A DNA stretch of 62,934 nucleotides, the filler included, from Octopus bimaculoides (lineage: Eukaryota), in assembly GCF_001194135.2 (NCBI RefSeq). It is 5 parts of 5 records of this genome, joined end to end, with 100 filler letters (N's around TTAATTAATTAA, not from the genome) between each part and the next. Parts side by side here need not be neighbours in the genome. Positions count along the whole stretch, not along the records: positions 1 to 10,797 come from NC_069010.1; positions 10,898 to 31,574 come from NC_068991.1; 3 more parts are not named here. One strand, given 5' to 3'. A program made the position numbers and the translations under genes. Below, one piece after another: positions 1-11,213 of this stretch; the first letter of the stretch is position 1, and each line of letters begins with the position of its first letter. Under the pieces are notes generated by a model. The model was not told the DNA's origin. It searched no databases and was given only the letters and a program-made list of their open reading frames with translations.

Positions 1-811
1 TATGTGCGCGTGTAGTGTTTGCATAAAGGTATGTGTATGCGTGTATGTGTGTGTGTGTGTTGTGCGTTTGTATGTATGCGTGTCTATCTGTGAGTATGTA
101 TACATGTATGTGTGTTTGGGTGAGGTTTATGGTTAGAGCTATCGGGTTAGTTGTCTCTTTGTCTTCTTTCTTTCTCGTACACAATTACTTTAATATAGGC
201 TCACCTTGTTCATCTTAATCATCATTCACCTTGTCAATTCCATCTCTGTACATTACTCTATTCTTTCCTAATAAGTCTTGTCCCTCTCGTGAAGTAGAAG
301 ACATCTTGTTATATTTCACGTCCCCCGGTAACAAATATTCTCTGATGCCCCATTCCCTGCTACAAAAGGAGAAATGTAACCAAGCAAGGCCACTTGTAGT
401 TCTTCTACTGTTAACCACAGGATATAGTGATTTCCTGTTACGCATATTTGTAAAGATATTACGTTTACATCATGAAAACGACTAGTGGTTACATGATAAT
501 ATCCGTTGCCGCATAAGGAAAATATATCTATGATATCTGCTGTTATTCATGTGTGGTTCAAAAGTTTATTTCGACCTCGTTTGTGAGACTAAGAAGTAAA
601 GAACGGTGTCTATTGTCTGTCAGTGCATTCTGTACCGTAATGTTCGCGAATTCGAGAATCCTCCTTCCACTAGCAATTACAATTTCATTCGTTGATCATT
701 TTTTGCCTGTAACCCTTGCTTTGCTTTGTGGACATCACTGCCCATTGGAATGCCTGAAACGGTGTTTTATGGGGCGTCTATTTACTTCCGTCATGTATAT
801 GTGTGTGTGTG

Positions 812-1096
812 TTGTGTGGTAAGTAGCTTGCTTACCAACCACATGGTCCCGGGTTCAGTCCCACTGTGTGGCATCTTGGGCAAGTGTCTTCTACTATAGC
901 CTCGGGCCGACCAAAGCCTTGTGAGTGGATTTGGTAGACGGAAACTGAAAGAAGCCCGTCATATATATGTATATATATATATGTGTATGTGCTTGTGTGT
1001 ATGTGCTTGTCCCCACAACATCGCTTGACAACCGATGGTGGTGTGTTTATGTCCCCGTAACTTAACGGTTCGGCAAAAGAGACCGATAGAATAAGT
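812..1096 (+). mobile_element. SINE family A (tRNA-derived head, CORE-like body, internal microsatellite, right arm), cut by gap
   Basis: B-box-like GGTTCAGTCCC, then CTTGGGCAAGTGTCTTCT (resembles the CORE domain of MIR/OR2-type SINEs), a TA/TG tract and a right arm. The same sequence recurs at 39655-40165 and 52910-53405. Confidence 0.85.
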
Positions 1097-1844
1097 NNNN
1101 NNNNNNNNNNNNNNNNNNNNNNNNNNNNNNNNNNNNNNNNNNNNNNNNNNNNNNNNNNNNNNNNNNNNNNNNNNNNNNNNNNNNNNNNNNNNNNNNNNNN
1201 NNNNNNNNNNNNNNNNNNNNNNNNNNNNNNNNNNNNNNNNNNNNNNNNNNNNNNNNNNNNNNNNNNNNNNNNNNNNNNNNNNNNNNNNNNNNNNNNNNNN
1301 NNNNNNNNNNNNNNNNNNNNNNNNNNNNNNNNNNNNNNNNNNNNNNNNNNNNNNNNNNNNNNNNNNNNNNNNNNNNNNNNNNNNNNNNNNNNNNNNNNNN
1401 NNNNNNNNNNNNNNNNNNNNNNNNNNNNNNNNNNNNNNNNNNNNNNNNNNNNNNNNNNNNNNNNNNNNNNNNNNNNNNNNNNNNNNNNNNNNNNNNNNNN
1501 NNNNNNNNNNNNNNNNNNNNNNNNNNNNNNNNNNNNNNNNNNNNNNNNNNNNNNNNNNNNNNNNNNNNNNNNNNNNNNNNNNNNNNNNNNNNNNNNNNNN
1601 NNNNNNNNNNNNNNNNNNNNNNNNNNNNNNNNNNNNNNNNNNNNNNNNNNNNNNNNNNNNNNNNNNNNNNNNNNNNNNNNNNNNNNNNNNNNNNNNNNNN
1701 NNNNNNNNNNNNNNNNNNNNNNNNAGCACTTTCGTCTCATTCATGGACATTCATCAGATATAAAGTTTCACAGAAAATTTTCTTGCTTTATATACAAATT
1801 TGGAAAAGGATGTATTTGTTTGTCATATATCTTTCTCTTTTTAT

Positions 1845-1995
1845 TGTCTCTCCCTGTTTCTTTCTGTGTTCCTTTCTGTCGAAGAGCGTAGGCTCGAAAT
1901 GTAAAAGACTTTCTCACTTCTTGAGTGTTAAACTAATACATCTGTTTGTTGTTTACGCACCCGTCTTCGTCTTTTGTTCATTTTTTTTTTGTAAA
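1845..1995 (+). repeat. ~150-bp dispersed repeat with hammerhead-like core, probably a Penelope-like terminal repeat
   Basis: Direct repeat of 3895-4045. Contains CTTT-CTGTCGA-A-GAGC-GTAG-GCTC-GAAA-TGTA-AAAG (1872-1907). Confidence 0.55.
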
Positions 1996-2732
1996 TTCCA
2001 ACTATATATATATATATATGGAGGTTGTCTACTCCTTATGCAGAATTTGACCACCTCCTGTACCTACACCTTAGAATTGTCATTCCATCTGATGTGGCTT
2101 TTTAAACCAGGCAATGTTTTGAAAAGACACCCACATAGATTGCATATCTGATTTGAACCACCAAGAGCTGCGGTTAAGTTCTGATCAAAATGTCTTTTAT
2201 AATAATAAAAGTATGGGCTAATTACGGAGTGCTCATAGAGAGCCAATACGAAAAATACAGAGTAGAGGAAATTGAAAGCGCAAATCATAGGCAGTCAAAC
2301 AGATTCCTGAACGCATAAATGAAGATATTCAATCATTGTAGTTGAATCATATATATTTATACACATCAACATAAATCACGTGTGTAGAGGCGGAAAGATT
2401 CTCCAAGGGTATAAAGAATAAAACCAAACCTAGATAAAAATAGAGAAGAAATATAAAAACATATAGAAATACATATGAAAATACATATAAATAAAATTTA
2501 CCTGTAAGGAGTTATGCGTGATAAATACAGGAGGCACAAAACGAATGAGTGGTTGATAAATATAGGAATAAAAACGACAGCCTTTATAATAGCGAACCGC
2601 CTAAATCGTCTAAAAATCACTTGTATATATAAGATACATGATAGAAATATCGCTAGAAACCAAAGTTAAGAAAAACATAAATAAAATATGATCTATAAGA
2701 AGTATTTAATTTTAACCACGACCAGTAGTAAT

Positions 2733-2831
2733 CATCATCATCATCATCGTTTAACGTCCGCTTTCCATGCTAGCATGGGTTGGACGATTTGACTGAGGAC
2801 TGGTGAAACCGGATGGCAACACCTGGCTCCA
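2733..2831 (-). mobile_element. 3' tail of SINE-like element ending in (ATG)n
   Basis: Reverse complement of 3175-3258 (84 bp, 3 mismatches), followed by a GATGATGATG tail. Confidence 0.8.
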
Positions 2832-2942
2832 CTAAAACGGCCATAGATGGAACACCCTCCTATTATTGGATTCTATTTTATTTATGTTTTTCTTGACCTT
2901 GATTTCCATCTTATGTCCTGTATGTATAAATGATTTTTAGAC

Positions 2943-3258
2943 GTTGCCAGTACCGCCTGACTGGCCTCCGTAGGATTTTCGAGCGAGATCGTTGCCAGTG
3001 CCCCTGGACTGGCTTGTGCGGGTGGCACATAAAAGACACCATTTTGAGCGTGGCCGTTGCCAGTATCGCCTGACTGGCCTTCGTGCAGGTGACACATAAA
3101 AGCACCCACTACACTCTCTGAGTGGTTGGCGTTAGGAAAGGCATCCAGCTGTAGAAACTCTGCCAAATTTAGATTGGAGCCTGGTGTTGCCATCCGGTTT
3201 CACCAGTCCTCAGTCAAGCCGTCCAACCCATGCTAGCATGGAAAGCGGACGTTAAACG
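2943..3258 (+). mobile_element. SINE-like element with internal GTTGCCAGT..ACTGGC repeats and CCAACCCATGCTAGCATGGAAAGCGGACGTTAAACG 3' end
   Basis: Three imperfect internal units at 2943, 2991 and 3056, each a small hairpin. The 3' end matches 2748-2831 in inverse orientation. Confidence 0.75.
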
Positions 3259-3724
3259 NNNNNNNNNNNNNNNNNNNNNNNNNNNNNNNNNNNNNNNNNN
3301 NNNNNNNNNNNNNNNNNNNNNNNNNNNNNNNNNNNNNNNNNNNNNNNNNNNNNNNNNNNNNNNNNNNNNNNNNNNNNNNNNNNNNNNNNNNNNNNNNNNN
3401 NNNNNNNNNNNNNNNNNNNNNNNNNNNNNNNNNNNNNNNNNNNNNNNNNNNNNNNNNNNNNNNNNNNNNNNNNNNNNNNNNNNNNNNNNNNNNNNNNNNN
3501 NNNNNNNNNNNNNNNNNNNNNNNNNNNNNNNNNNNNNNNNNNNNNNNNNNNNNNNNNNNNNNNNNNNNNNNNNNNNNNNNNNNNNNNNNNNNNNNNNNNN
3601 NNNNNNNNNNNNNNNNNNNNNNNNNNNNNNNNNNNNNNNTATATATGTATAGATGTAAGTATGTGTATATACGTATGTATATATGCATAAAACAAATTTT
3701 ATTCAACAAAAACAATAACAATAT

Positions 3725-3890
3725 TTAACAAAAACATTTTTAAATGACAGTCTGACCGTCTGCCAAGCAAATGGGAAGCAGTAATTGAAGTAGATGGTGA
3801 ATATGCTCCAGAATAATCATTTAAAGATATTTTTGTTACATGTTGTTATTGTTTTGTTGAGAAAGATCCGCAATAGTTATGCACCAACCC
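3725..3890 (+). mobile_element. mariner 3' end remnant
   Basis: Translates to DRLPSKWEAVIEVDGEYAPE*, a mariner transposase C-terminus, followed by TIR-like TTATGCACCAACCC. Confidence 0.7.
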
Positions 3891-3894
3891 CCTT

Positions 3895-4045
3895 TTTTTC
3901 TCCTTGTTTCTTTCTGTGTTCCTTTCTGTGGAAGAGCGTAGGCACGAAAAGATAAAGACTTTTTCACTTCCTGAGTGTTATACTAATACATCTGTTTGTT
4001 TTCTACACCACCTGTCTTTGTCTTTTGTTTTTTTGTGAATTCTCC
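3895..4045 (+). repeat. second copy of the ~150-bp hammerhead-like repeat
   Basis: Aligns by eye to 1845-1995; core is more degenerate (CTGTGGAAGAGCGTAGGCACGAAA). Confidence 0.55.
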
Positions 4046-4094
4046 CTGTATTTGCATATATGTGTGCATATATACATATATACATATGCATGTA

Positions 4095-4430
4095 TGTGTA
4101 TGTATATATATATACAGTCTCTTGGCTATCTGACGACATGATATTCGGCGATCTCGCATTATCATACCAAGAGCAAGGTCAAGGTTGTCCTTGGTGGTTG
4201 CAGTTGGAGGTCTCCCTGGTCTGGGATCATCTTCTACACTCTCTCTGCCACGCTTGAATTCATTTAGCCAGTGTTTGACTGTTGCATATGAAGGAGCATT
4301 GTCTGTTAAGGTTCTCACCATATCTTCATGGATTTCTGATGGAGTCACGCCTTTCAAATGAAGCTACTTTATGACAACACGATACTCAGTTTTCTCCATT
4401 TTCAATTTAACATCGACACTTGTTTATTCA
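4095..4430 (-). pseudogene. mariner transposase N-terminal HTH fragment
   Basis: KGVTPSEIHEDMVRTLTDNAPSYATVKHWLNEFKRGRESVEDDPRPGRP has the mariner HTH and GRP motif. Truncated by a TA microsatellite and a gap. Confidence 0.85.
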
Positions 4431-5814
4431 AANNNNNNNNNNNNNNNNNNNNNNNNNNNNNNNNNNNNNNNNNNNNNNNNNNNNNNNNNNNNNNNNNNNN
4501 NNNNNNNNNNNNNNNNNNNNNNNNNNNNNNNNNNNNNNNNNNNNNNNNNNNNNNNNNNNNNNNNNNNNNNNNNNNNNNNNNNNNNNNNNNNNNNNNNNNN
4601 NNNNNNNNNNNNNNNNNNNNNNNNNNNNNNNNNNNNNNNNNNNNNNNNNNNNNNNNNNNNNNNNNNNNNNNNNNNNNNNNNNNNNNNNNNNNNNNNNNNN
4701 NNNNNNNNNNNNNNNNNNNNNNNNNNNNNNNNNNNNNNNNNNNNNNNNNNNNNNNNNNNNNNNNNNNNNNNNNNNNNNNNNNNNNNNNNNNNNNNNNNNN
4801 NNNNNNNNNNNNNNNNNNNNNNNNNNNNNNNNNNNNNNNNNNNNNNNNNNNNNNNNNNNNNNNNNNNNNNNNNNNNNNNNNNNNNNNNNNNNNNNNNNNN
4901 NNNNNNNNNNNNNNNNNNNNNNNNNNNNNNNNNNNNNNNNNNNNNNNNNNNNNNNNNNNNNNNNNNNNNNNNNNTATATATATGACTACTTCATACAGGA
5001 GATGGATGAATAAATGCATACACCCAGTTAACCAGCCAGATATATATACATGTACAGTGGTTACATTACTATTAATTTCTCAAAGAAATCAATATTCATG
5101 CAACTTATATTTCAATTTAGATTTCAAGACAGACATGAATATTTACGAATCTTCTCCAAGAGTTGATTAATTATCTTGCTTGATGTATTTGTCGTTAATT
5201 TATTGACATCTTGTTATCTATCTGATGGCTTTTCTCGCAGAGGGAAATGAGTCTTTTGGCAATCTTATTTGTCATATTGGAATTTTATGTCCTCGAATAA
5301 ACCGATTTTCTGAGAATGGAACTTGGAATGCAGAGACAGAAGCCATTTAAGAACTTAATGACACACTCGTTAATAAAGTTGCAGTGTGTTTATAATTAAT
5401 TTGTCACCTTGTTTAACACTGTCACCTTCACTCTAGATGCTTTGCGTAGAACCCAATCTGTTCTCAGAATTTGGTGCAAAAATTGATCCTCCTTCTCACC
5501 GTCCCCACCTCTTCCTTCTTGCTTTACACCTGCTTTAGAAGCCATGGAAAGGAGGTTTATGGGCAATTTAGCTTGTTTCATCACATACATATAAACACAA
5601 ACATGAGAGTATGGGTGTATGTAGTGAGATGGGAGGGGAAGATAGATGGATAAACAGATATATAGATAGATAGATTAGATAGACAGAGAGAGAGAGAGAG
5701 AGAGAGACAAATAGGTGGAGAGATTGACAGATATATAGACAGAAAAATGGATTAGCAGACAGTCAGATAGACAGATATATATATATATATAAATAACTGA
5801 TAATTCTGATTTAA

Positions 5815-6500
5815 TACTTCATAGCATAACCATTATTCAGTTCCACTTCAACCAATCTCTTCTTGTAGTTCTTAATCAATGACTCGCATGTTTCTTTAGG
5901 AATTTTTTCCCATTCTTCTTGACAAATTTTCTTCTAATCTGGAATGGACGATGGGGCTCTTGAATGAGTTTTAATTTTCAAATAACACCACAAATTTTCA
6001 GTCAGGTGACTGCTTGGCCATTCTAATAATTTTATATTGTGATTGACAATCCATTTTTGGTAGACTTCGCCGTGTGCTTAGGGTCGTTATCCTGTTGTAA
6101 AACCCACCCTTCACAAAGCTGGAACTTTTTTACAGAGTCCCATAAATTATTGTTTAAAATATTTTGGTATATCTCTGCATTGATTCTACCATCTATCACA
6201 TATAAATTGCCAGAGAAACACCCCTACACAATGATGTTGCCACCTCCAAACTTTACAGTAGGAATTGTGTTTTTCGGCAAATAGGTGGTACCATCTTTCC
6301 TCTAAACATGGCTACGTGAATTTCGTCCAAACATTTCAATTTTTGACTCGTCTGTCCATAGAACCTTTTCCCAGAATGTATCAGATTTATCTTTATGTTC
6401 AAAAACAAATTTTAAACGGGCATCTCTATGCCCTTTTAGTCAACAGTGGAGTTTTTCTAGGAGAGCTTGACTTCAGTTCATTCCTATGAAGTTCTTAACT
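5815..6500 (-). pseudogene. Tc1-like transposase catalytic-domain relic
   Basis: Minus strand gives WVLQQDNDPKHTAKST and, across frameshifts, ..QEEWEKIPKETCESLIKNYKKRLVEVE. Confidence 0.8.
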
Positions 6501-7289
6501 GATTGTTTGTAGATGTGAATCTATAAAACAAAATGCCGATTTTTGTTCATATACCCCCAACATAAAATGTTGCTTCTTTAAACATGTTTCCAATGCTCCT
6601 GACATATTCACAGCTTATTTAATACTCACATGCCACACACACACACACAAATCCCATCATTTTCGACAGGTACTGAGTTAGTGTATGTGAATACATGTTC
6701 TCATTTGTGTGTGTGTGTGTGCATGCGTTTGTTTGCATGCTTGCATAACGGTGGTTCCTGATTTCTTTGCTTGTCTAATCTCATCGCTCCCTCTAATCTC
6801 TACCTGATAATGCAATCTTATGTTCTACCCATCACTTCTTCCTTCACACTTTTACTTAACGTAACCTCATATAAACGAACTCACCTTATCTTCATCTAGT
6901 GCTAACGTTATGCTTACCTAAGCCTGTTAATGAAATCCCAGCACGTGTTGCTGCTGTCTCTTCTGCCGTTACCTTTCAAGACATTAGAAATAAATCGGCT
7001 ACAAACATCAAATGCATACATTAACATTAACAATTTTAATTATGACATTAACGATGACGATGTGATTATAAAGGATTAGAGACAACCATGATGGCTTTAT
7101 ATGAATTTTAGTATTTCAAACAAGCTGAAAAGCAATTCATGACGAAATTCAAGTAAAATACAAGAAAATCATGTAAAAACGAGATTTCGTGTAAACTGCA
7201 TATTTCTAGTGATTATGTTTTTTCAGATGTCGTTATCCGATTACGAACCATGTCGTTTAATGAGTTAATATAACAAGACAAATATTAGT

Positions 7290-7435
7290 TTCAAATTTTG
7301 GCAAGAGGTCAGCCATTTTGGGGAAGGTGGTAAGTTGATTACATCGACCCCAGTGCATAACTGGTACTTAGTTCATTGACCCCGAAAGGATAAAAGGTAA
7401 TGAAAGGCAAACTTGATCTTGGCAGAATTTGAAAT
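7290..7435 (-). mobile_element. SINE family B fragment
   Basis: Reverse complement carries the family B core, as in TTTCATCCTTTCGGGGTCGATAA..AAGTACCAG..CTGGGGTCGATGTAATC. Confidence 0.75.
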
Positions 7436-7444
7436 ATTATCATG

Positions 7445-8762
7445 ATAATAATAATAATAATAATAATAAATGCCCGGATGCAGTACCAGGCAATGGCTCT
7501 CATGGCTTCTGATCTTAACTGATTGGAAGTGTTATCATGTACATTGTTTTGTCTTGGTATGAAAGATGGCCTACAGCAAATATTCTGCTCAATACCACAG
7601 ATTTGCTAATGCCCTGATGCAGTACCAGGCAATGGCTCTTATGGCTTCTGATCTTAACTGATTGGAAGTGTTATCATGTACATTGTTTTGTCTTGGTATG
7701 AAAGATGGCCTACAGCAAANNNNNNNNNNNNNNNNNNNNNNNNNNNNNNNNNNNNNNNNNNNNNNNNNNNNNNNNNNNNNNNNNNNNNNNNNNNNNNNNN
7801 NNNNNNNNNNNNNNNNNNNNNNNNNNNNNNNNNNNNNNNNNNNNNNNNNNNNNNNNNNNNNNNNNNNNNNNNNNNNNNNNNNNNNNNNNNNNNNNNNNNN
7901 NNNNNNNNNNNNNNNNNNNNNNNNNNNNNNNNNNNNNNNNNNNNNNNNNNNNNNNNNNNNNNNNNNNNNNNNNNNNNNNNNNNNNNNNNNNNNNNNNNNN
8001 NNNNNNNNNNNNNNNNNNNNNNNNNNNNNNNNNNNNNNNNNNNNNNNNNNNNNNNNNNNNNNNNNNNNNNNNNNNNNNNNNNNNNNNNNNNNNNNNNNNN
8101 NNNNNNNNNNNNNNNNNNNNNNNNNNNNNNNNNNNNNNNNNNNNNNNNNNNNNNNNNNNNNNNNNNNNNNNNNNNNNNNNNNNNNNNNNNNNNNNNNNNN
8201 NNNNNNNNNNNNNNNNNNNNNNNNNNNNNNNNNNNATGGCTTCTGATCTTAACTGATTGGAAGTGTTATCATGTACATTGTTTTGTCTTGGTATAAAAGA
8301 TGGGCTACAGCCAATATTCTGTTTAATGCCACAGCTTTGCTGGTCAGTTGTTTGACCTTAACCAGTTGAGCATGTCCCTTGGTGGCTGACGATATGTGCA
8401 TCTCTGATCACGAGCAGAAGTAGTGGGGGAGCATCATAGCCATGTGTTGAGAGGAATTCTTTGGGGTTTGAATAATTCACCTTTAGAAACATGGGTGTTT
8501 TGTTCACCATTCTTAAACAACCCTTTATTCAGGGACCTTTTGAGCAGGATGGTCTACTCGACCCGAAGAAAATTCTAACTGGGCCCCACCTGCGAGGTCA
8601 TGCACTGTTTATCTTGATATGAGATCACCATGTCACACACATATGGTTGTGATGCATGTGCCTGGTGTACCCATATCAGACGGGTAGTCATGATGGGTAT
8701 AATGGGTTTCGTATATTTTACCCCAGGGTCACTTTGATGGCATGCTCTGCTCTCTCACTCAC
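7445..8762 (+). mobile_element. (TAA)n-embedded non-coding element, copy 1, with 139-bp 5' tandem duplication and an internal gap
   Basis: Starts after (TAA)n at 7471 (TGCCCGGATGCAGTACC). The unit repeats at 7610, resumes at 8237 after the gap, and ends ..CTCTCTCACTCAC followed by degenerate TAA. Homologous to 10898-11170 and 44266-44676. Confidence 0.8.
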
Positions 8763-8779
8763 TTAATAATGATAATGAT

Positions 8780-8995
8780 CCTTTCTACTATAGCTACAAG
8801 GCCTGAAATTTGAGGAGAGGATACTGGTTGATTACATTGACCCCAGTACTCAACTGGTACTTGTTTTACTGACCCTGAAAGGATAAAAGACAAAGTCGAC
8901 CTTGGCAGATTTTCAACTAGGAACATAAAGATGAACAAAATGCCGCTAAGCATTTTCCTTGGCATGCTAATAATTCTGCCGACCTGCTGCCATTA
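8780..8995 (-). mobile_element. SINE family B
   Basis: Same body and head as 9365-9601. Confidence 0.8.
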
Positions 8996-9054
8996 TCAAG
9001 TGAAATATTAACATGAAGTATGTTTTGAATGTCTTAGAATATAAGAAAGAACCT

Positions 9055-9330
9055 TGTTAAGATGGAAACTGAAAGAAGCCTGTTATATGTATATGTATCT
9101 ATCTATCTGTGTGTGAGTGTGTGTGTGTGTGTCTTTGTGTGAAACCAATCACTACTTGACATCTGGTGCTGATGTCCTTACATCCCCCTAACTTAGTGGT
9201 TCAGCAAAATAGACTGATAGAAAAGTACTAGACTTACAAATAAAGTCTGGGGTTGATTTATTCACTTAAAACCCTTCATTGTGGTGCCCCAGCATGGCTG
9301 TAGTCAAATGATTGAAACAAATAAAAAATG
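9055..9330 (+). mobile_element. SINE family A, 5'-truncated and diverged
   Basis: GGAAACTGAAAGAAGCC, a microsatellite, then the right arm ending CAGCATGGCTGTAGTCAAATGATTGAAACAAATAAAA. Confidence 0.75.
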
Positions 9331-9364
9331 CACACACACACACACACATGTATATATGATGAGC

Positions 9365-9601
9365 TCCTTCCAGTTTCTTATTCCTTTATTACCCACAAGG
9401 GGGTAAACATAGAGGGGACAAACAAGGAGATTAAGTCGATTACATCGACCCTAGTGCATAACTGGTACTTAATTTACCGACCCCAAAAGGATGAAAGGCA
9501 AAGTCGACCTCGGCGGAATTTGAACTCAGAACGTGACGGCAGATGAAATACCGCTAAGCACTTCGCCCGGCGTGCCAACGCTTCTGCCAGCTTGTCACCT
9601 T
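9365..9601 (-). mobile_element. SINE family B, near full length
   Basis: Head AAGGTGACAAGCTGGCAGAAGCGTTGGCACGCCGGGCGAA, B-box-like GAGTTCAAATTCC, and core GTCGACTTTGCCTTTCATCCTTTTGGGGTCG. Confidence 0.85.
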
Positions 9602-9614
9602 ACCGATGATGACT

Positions 9615-9775
9615 TCTTCCAGTTTCTGTCTCCCAAATCCACTAACAAGATTTTGGTCAGCCTGGTGCTATAGCAGAAGACACTTGTCCAAGGTGAAATA
9701 CAGTGGGACTGGATTCAAAGCTATGGTGGTTTGGAAGGTAACTTCTTACAAGGCAACCATGTAGGCACCTGTACA
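9615..9775 (-). mobile_element. SINE family A left arm, diverged
   Basis: Reverse complement contains CCTTGGACAAGTGTCTTCTGCTATAGC..GGATTTGGGAGACAGAAACTGGAA. Confidence 0.7.
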
Positions 9776-10328
9776 TGTTAATATATCAACAGAACTATTA
9801 ACATTAAGAATGCTTAAATGTCTTAAAATATCATAACATTATAATAATGTTACTCATGTATTACATTATAGAAAGTTATAAAAGTAGAAACTCTATTTCC
9901 AAAAGTCTTTAATATTCTGCCATTATTTCATAATTCACTCATCTTTTCCATAGATGAGAATTTAATTGAGGTACTTCCTAAAATACCAGTATAGCCATAT
10001 CGTCAGAAATGACAACAGTTTCATTAATGATAGAAAATGGCGCATCAAAGCAATGATAGATTCCAGCAATTGAGTAAATATATATATGTATATATATATA
10101 CTTATACAGAAATGAAGCAGATGACCAATTAGATATGTTTGTAACATTTTGGTTGAAAATATTAGCAGCCATGTTTTTCTTTGTCTGTTGTAGTTCAATG
10201 CTGAATGTCTACGTTCAGTAATTATTTCTGGCATATGGATTACACCTGTGTGCCTGCCAGAGATTATTACTAAACAATAGATAGATAGATAGATAGATAG
10301 CTACACACAAGACGTGGATGCCTTATCG

Positions 10329-10797
10329 CAGTGGTTCCCAAACATTTTGGGACTGCCACCCTCTTGGGATCTTGTTCAAAATGGGGCCACATTTTTCATT
10401 AATGTTTTACGTAGTGTTTTTAGTACGGAAAGACTTTCAAACTTCGTATACTTATCTATTTTGTGTTATAGAACAGAAAAAAATTTTTGTATTCGAATTT
10501 ATTTCATGTAAAAAATTGTCTTATTTCGATAATTTCAACCAATCACTGACAAGTATTCAGCTGTTTACACTTACTCCTTTGGCACTTTAATCGGTGTAAA
10601 GCATATTTACGGCTGAATGGACGTCAGTCATTGGTTGAAATTACAGAAATACGACAACTTTAACATAGAATAACTTGTGATGTATGTTTTTTTGTTAAGA
10701 AGACTAAGAGAAAAAGATGTTTTATATGACACACTCTACCAGTGTCCCAAGTTTCAAAGTGTTTCGTTAAGAAAATACTGGTGCCCCCGTTTTGAAC
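10329..10797. mobile_element. hAT-type MITE, right end lost in gap
   Basis: Begins CAGTGGTTCCCAAAC, a typical hAT/Charlie TIR. Ends GCCCCCGTTTTGAAC at the gap. No ORF. Confidence 0.6.
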
Positions 10798-10841
10798 NNN
10801 NNNNNNNNNNNNNNNNNNNNNNNNNNNNNNNNNNNNNNNNN

Positions 10842-10853
10842 TTAATTAATTAA
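10842..10853. other. artificial scaffold linker TTAATTAATTAA
   Basis: N44-TTAATTAATTAA-N44 (100 bp). The identical construct occurs at 31619-31630, 49375-49386 and 56969-56980. Confidence 0.95.
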
Positions 10854-10897
10854 NNNNNNNNNNNNNNNNNNNNNNNNNNNNNNNNNNNNNNNNNNNN

Positions 10898-11169
10898 ACA
10901 TGGGTGTTTTGCTCAACATCCTTAAACAAACCTTATTCAGAGACCTTTTGAGCAGGATGAGCTACTCGACCTGAAGAAAATTCTAACTGGGCTCCCACCT
11001 GCAAGGTCATGCGCTGTTTATCTTTGTATGAGATCACCATGTCGCACACATATGGTTGTGGGGCTTGTGCCTGGTGTACCCTTATCAGACGGGTAGTCAT
11101 GATGGGTATATTGGGCGTCGTATATTTTACCCCAGTGTCACTTTGATGGCATGCACTGCTCTCTCACTC

Positions 11170-11170
<1 letters not shown>
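10898..11170 (+). mobile_element. (TAA)n-embedded non-coding element, copy 2 (3' part)
   Basis: Aligns with 8490-8760 and ends CTCTCTCACTCA directly into (TAA)n at 11170-11213. Confidence 0.85.

Positions 11171-11213
<43 letters not shown>

Noticed and set aside
215-822. Short ORFs near the window start
   Set aside because: No recognisable motif; cannot be distinguished from decayed repeat.
2943-3110. Spaced hairpin repeats resembling a CRISPR array
   Set aside because: The context is eukaryotic, there are only three imperfect units, the spacers are related to each other, and they are internal to a SINE.
7228-7280. Acceptor TTTTTCAG with short open frames
   Set aside because: All frames close within 16 codons and there is no other support.
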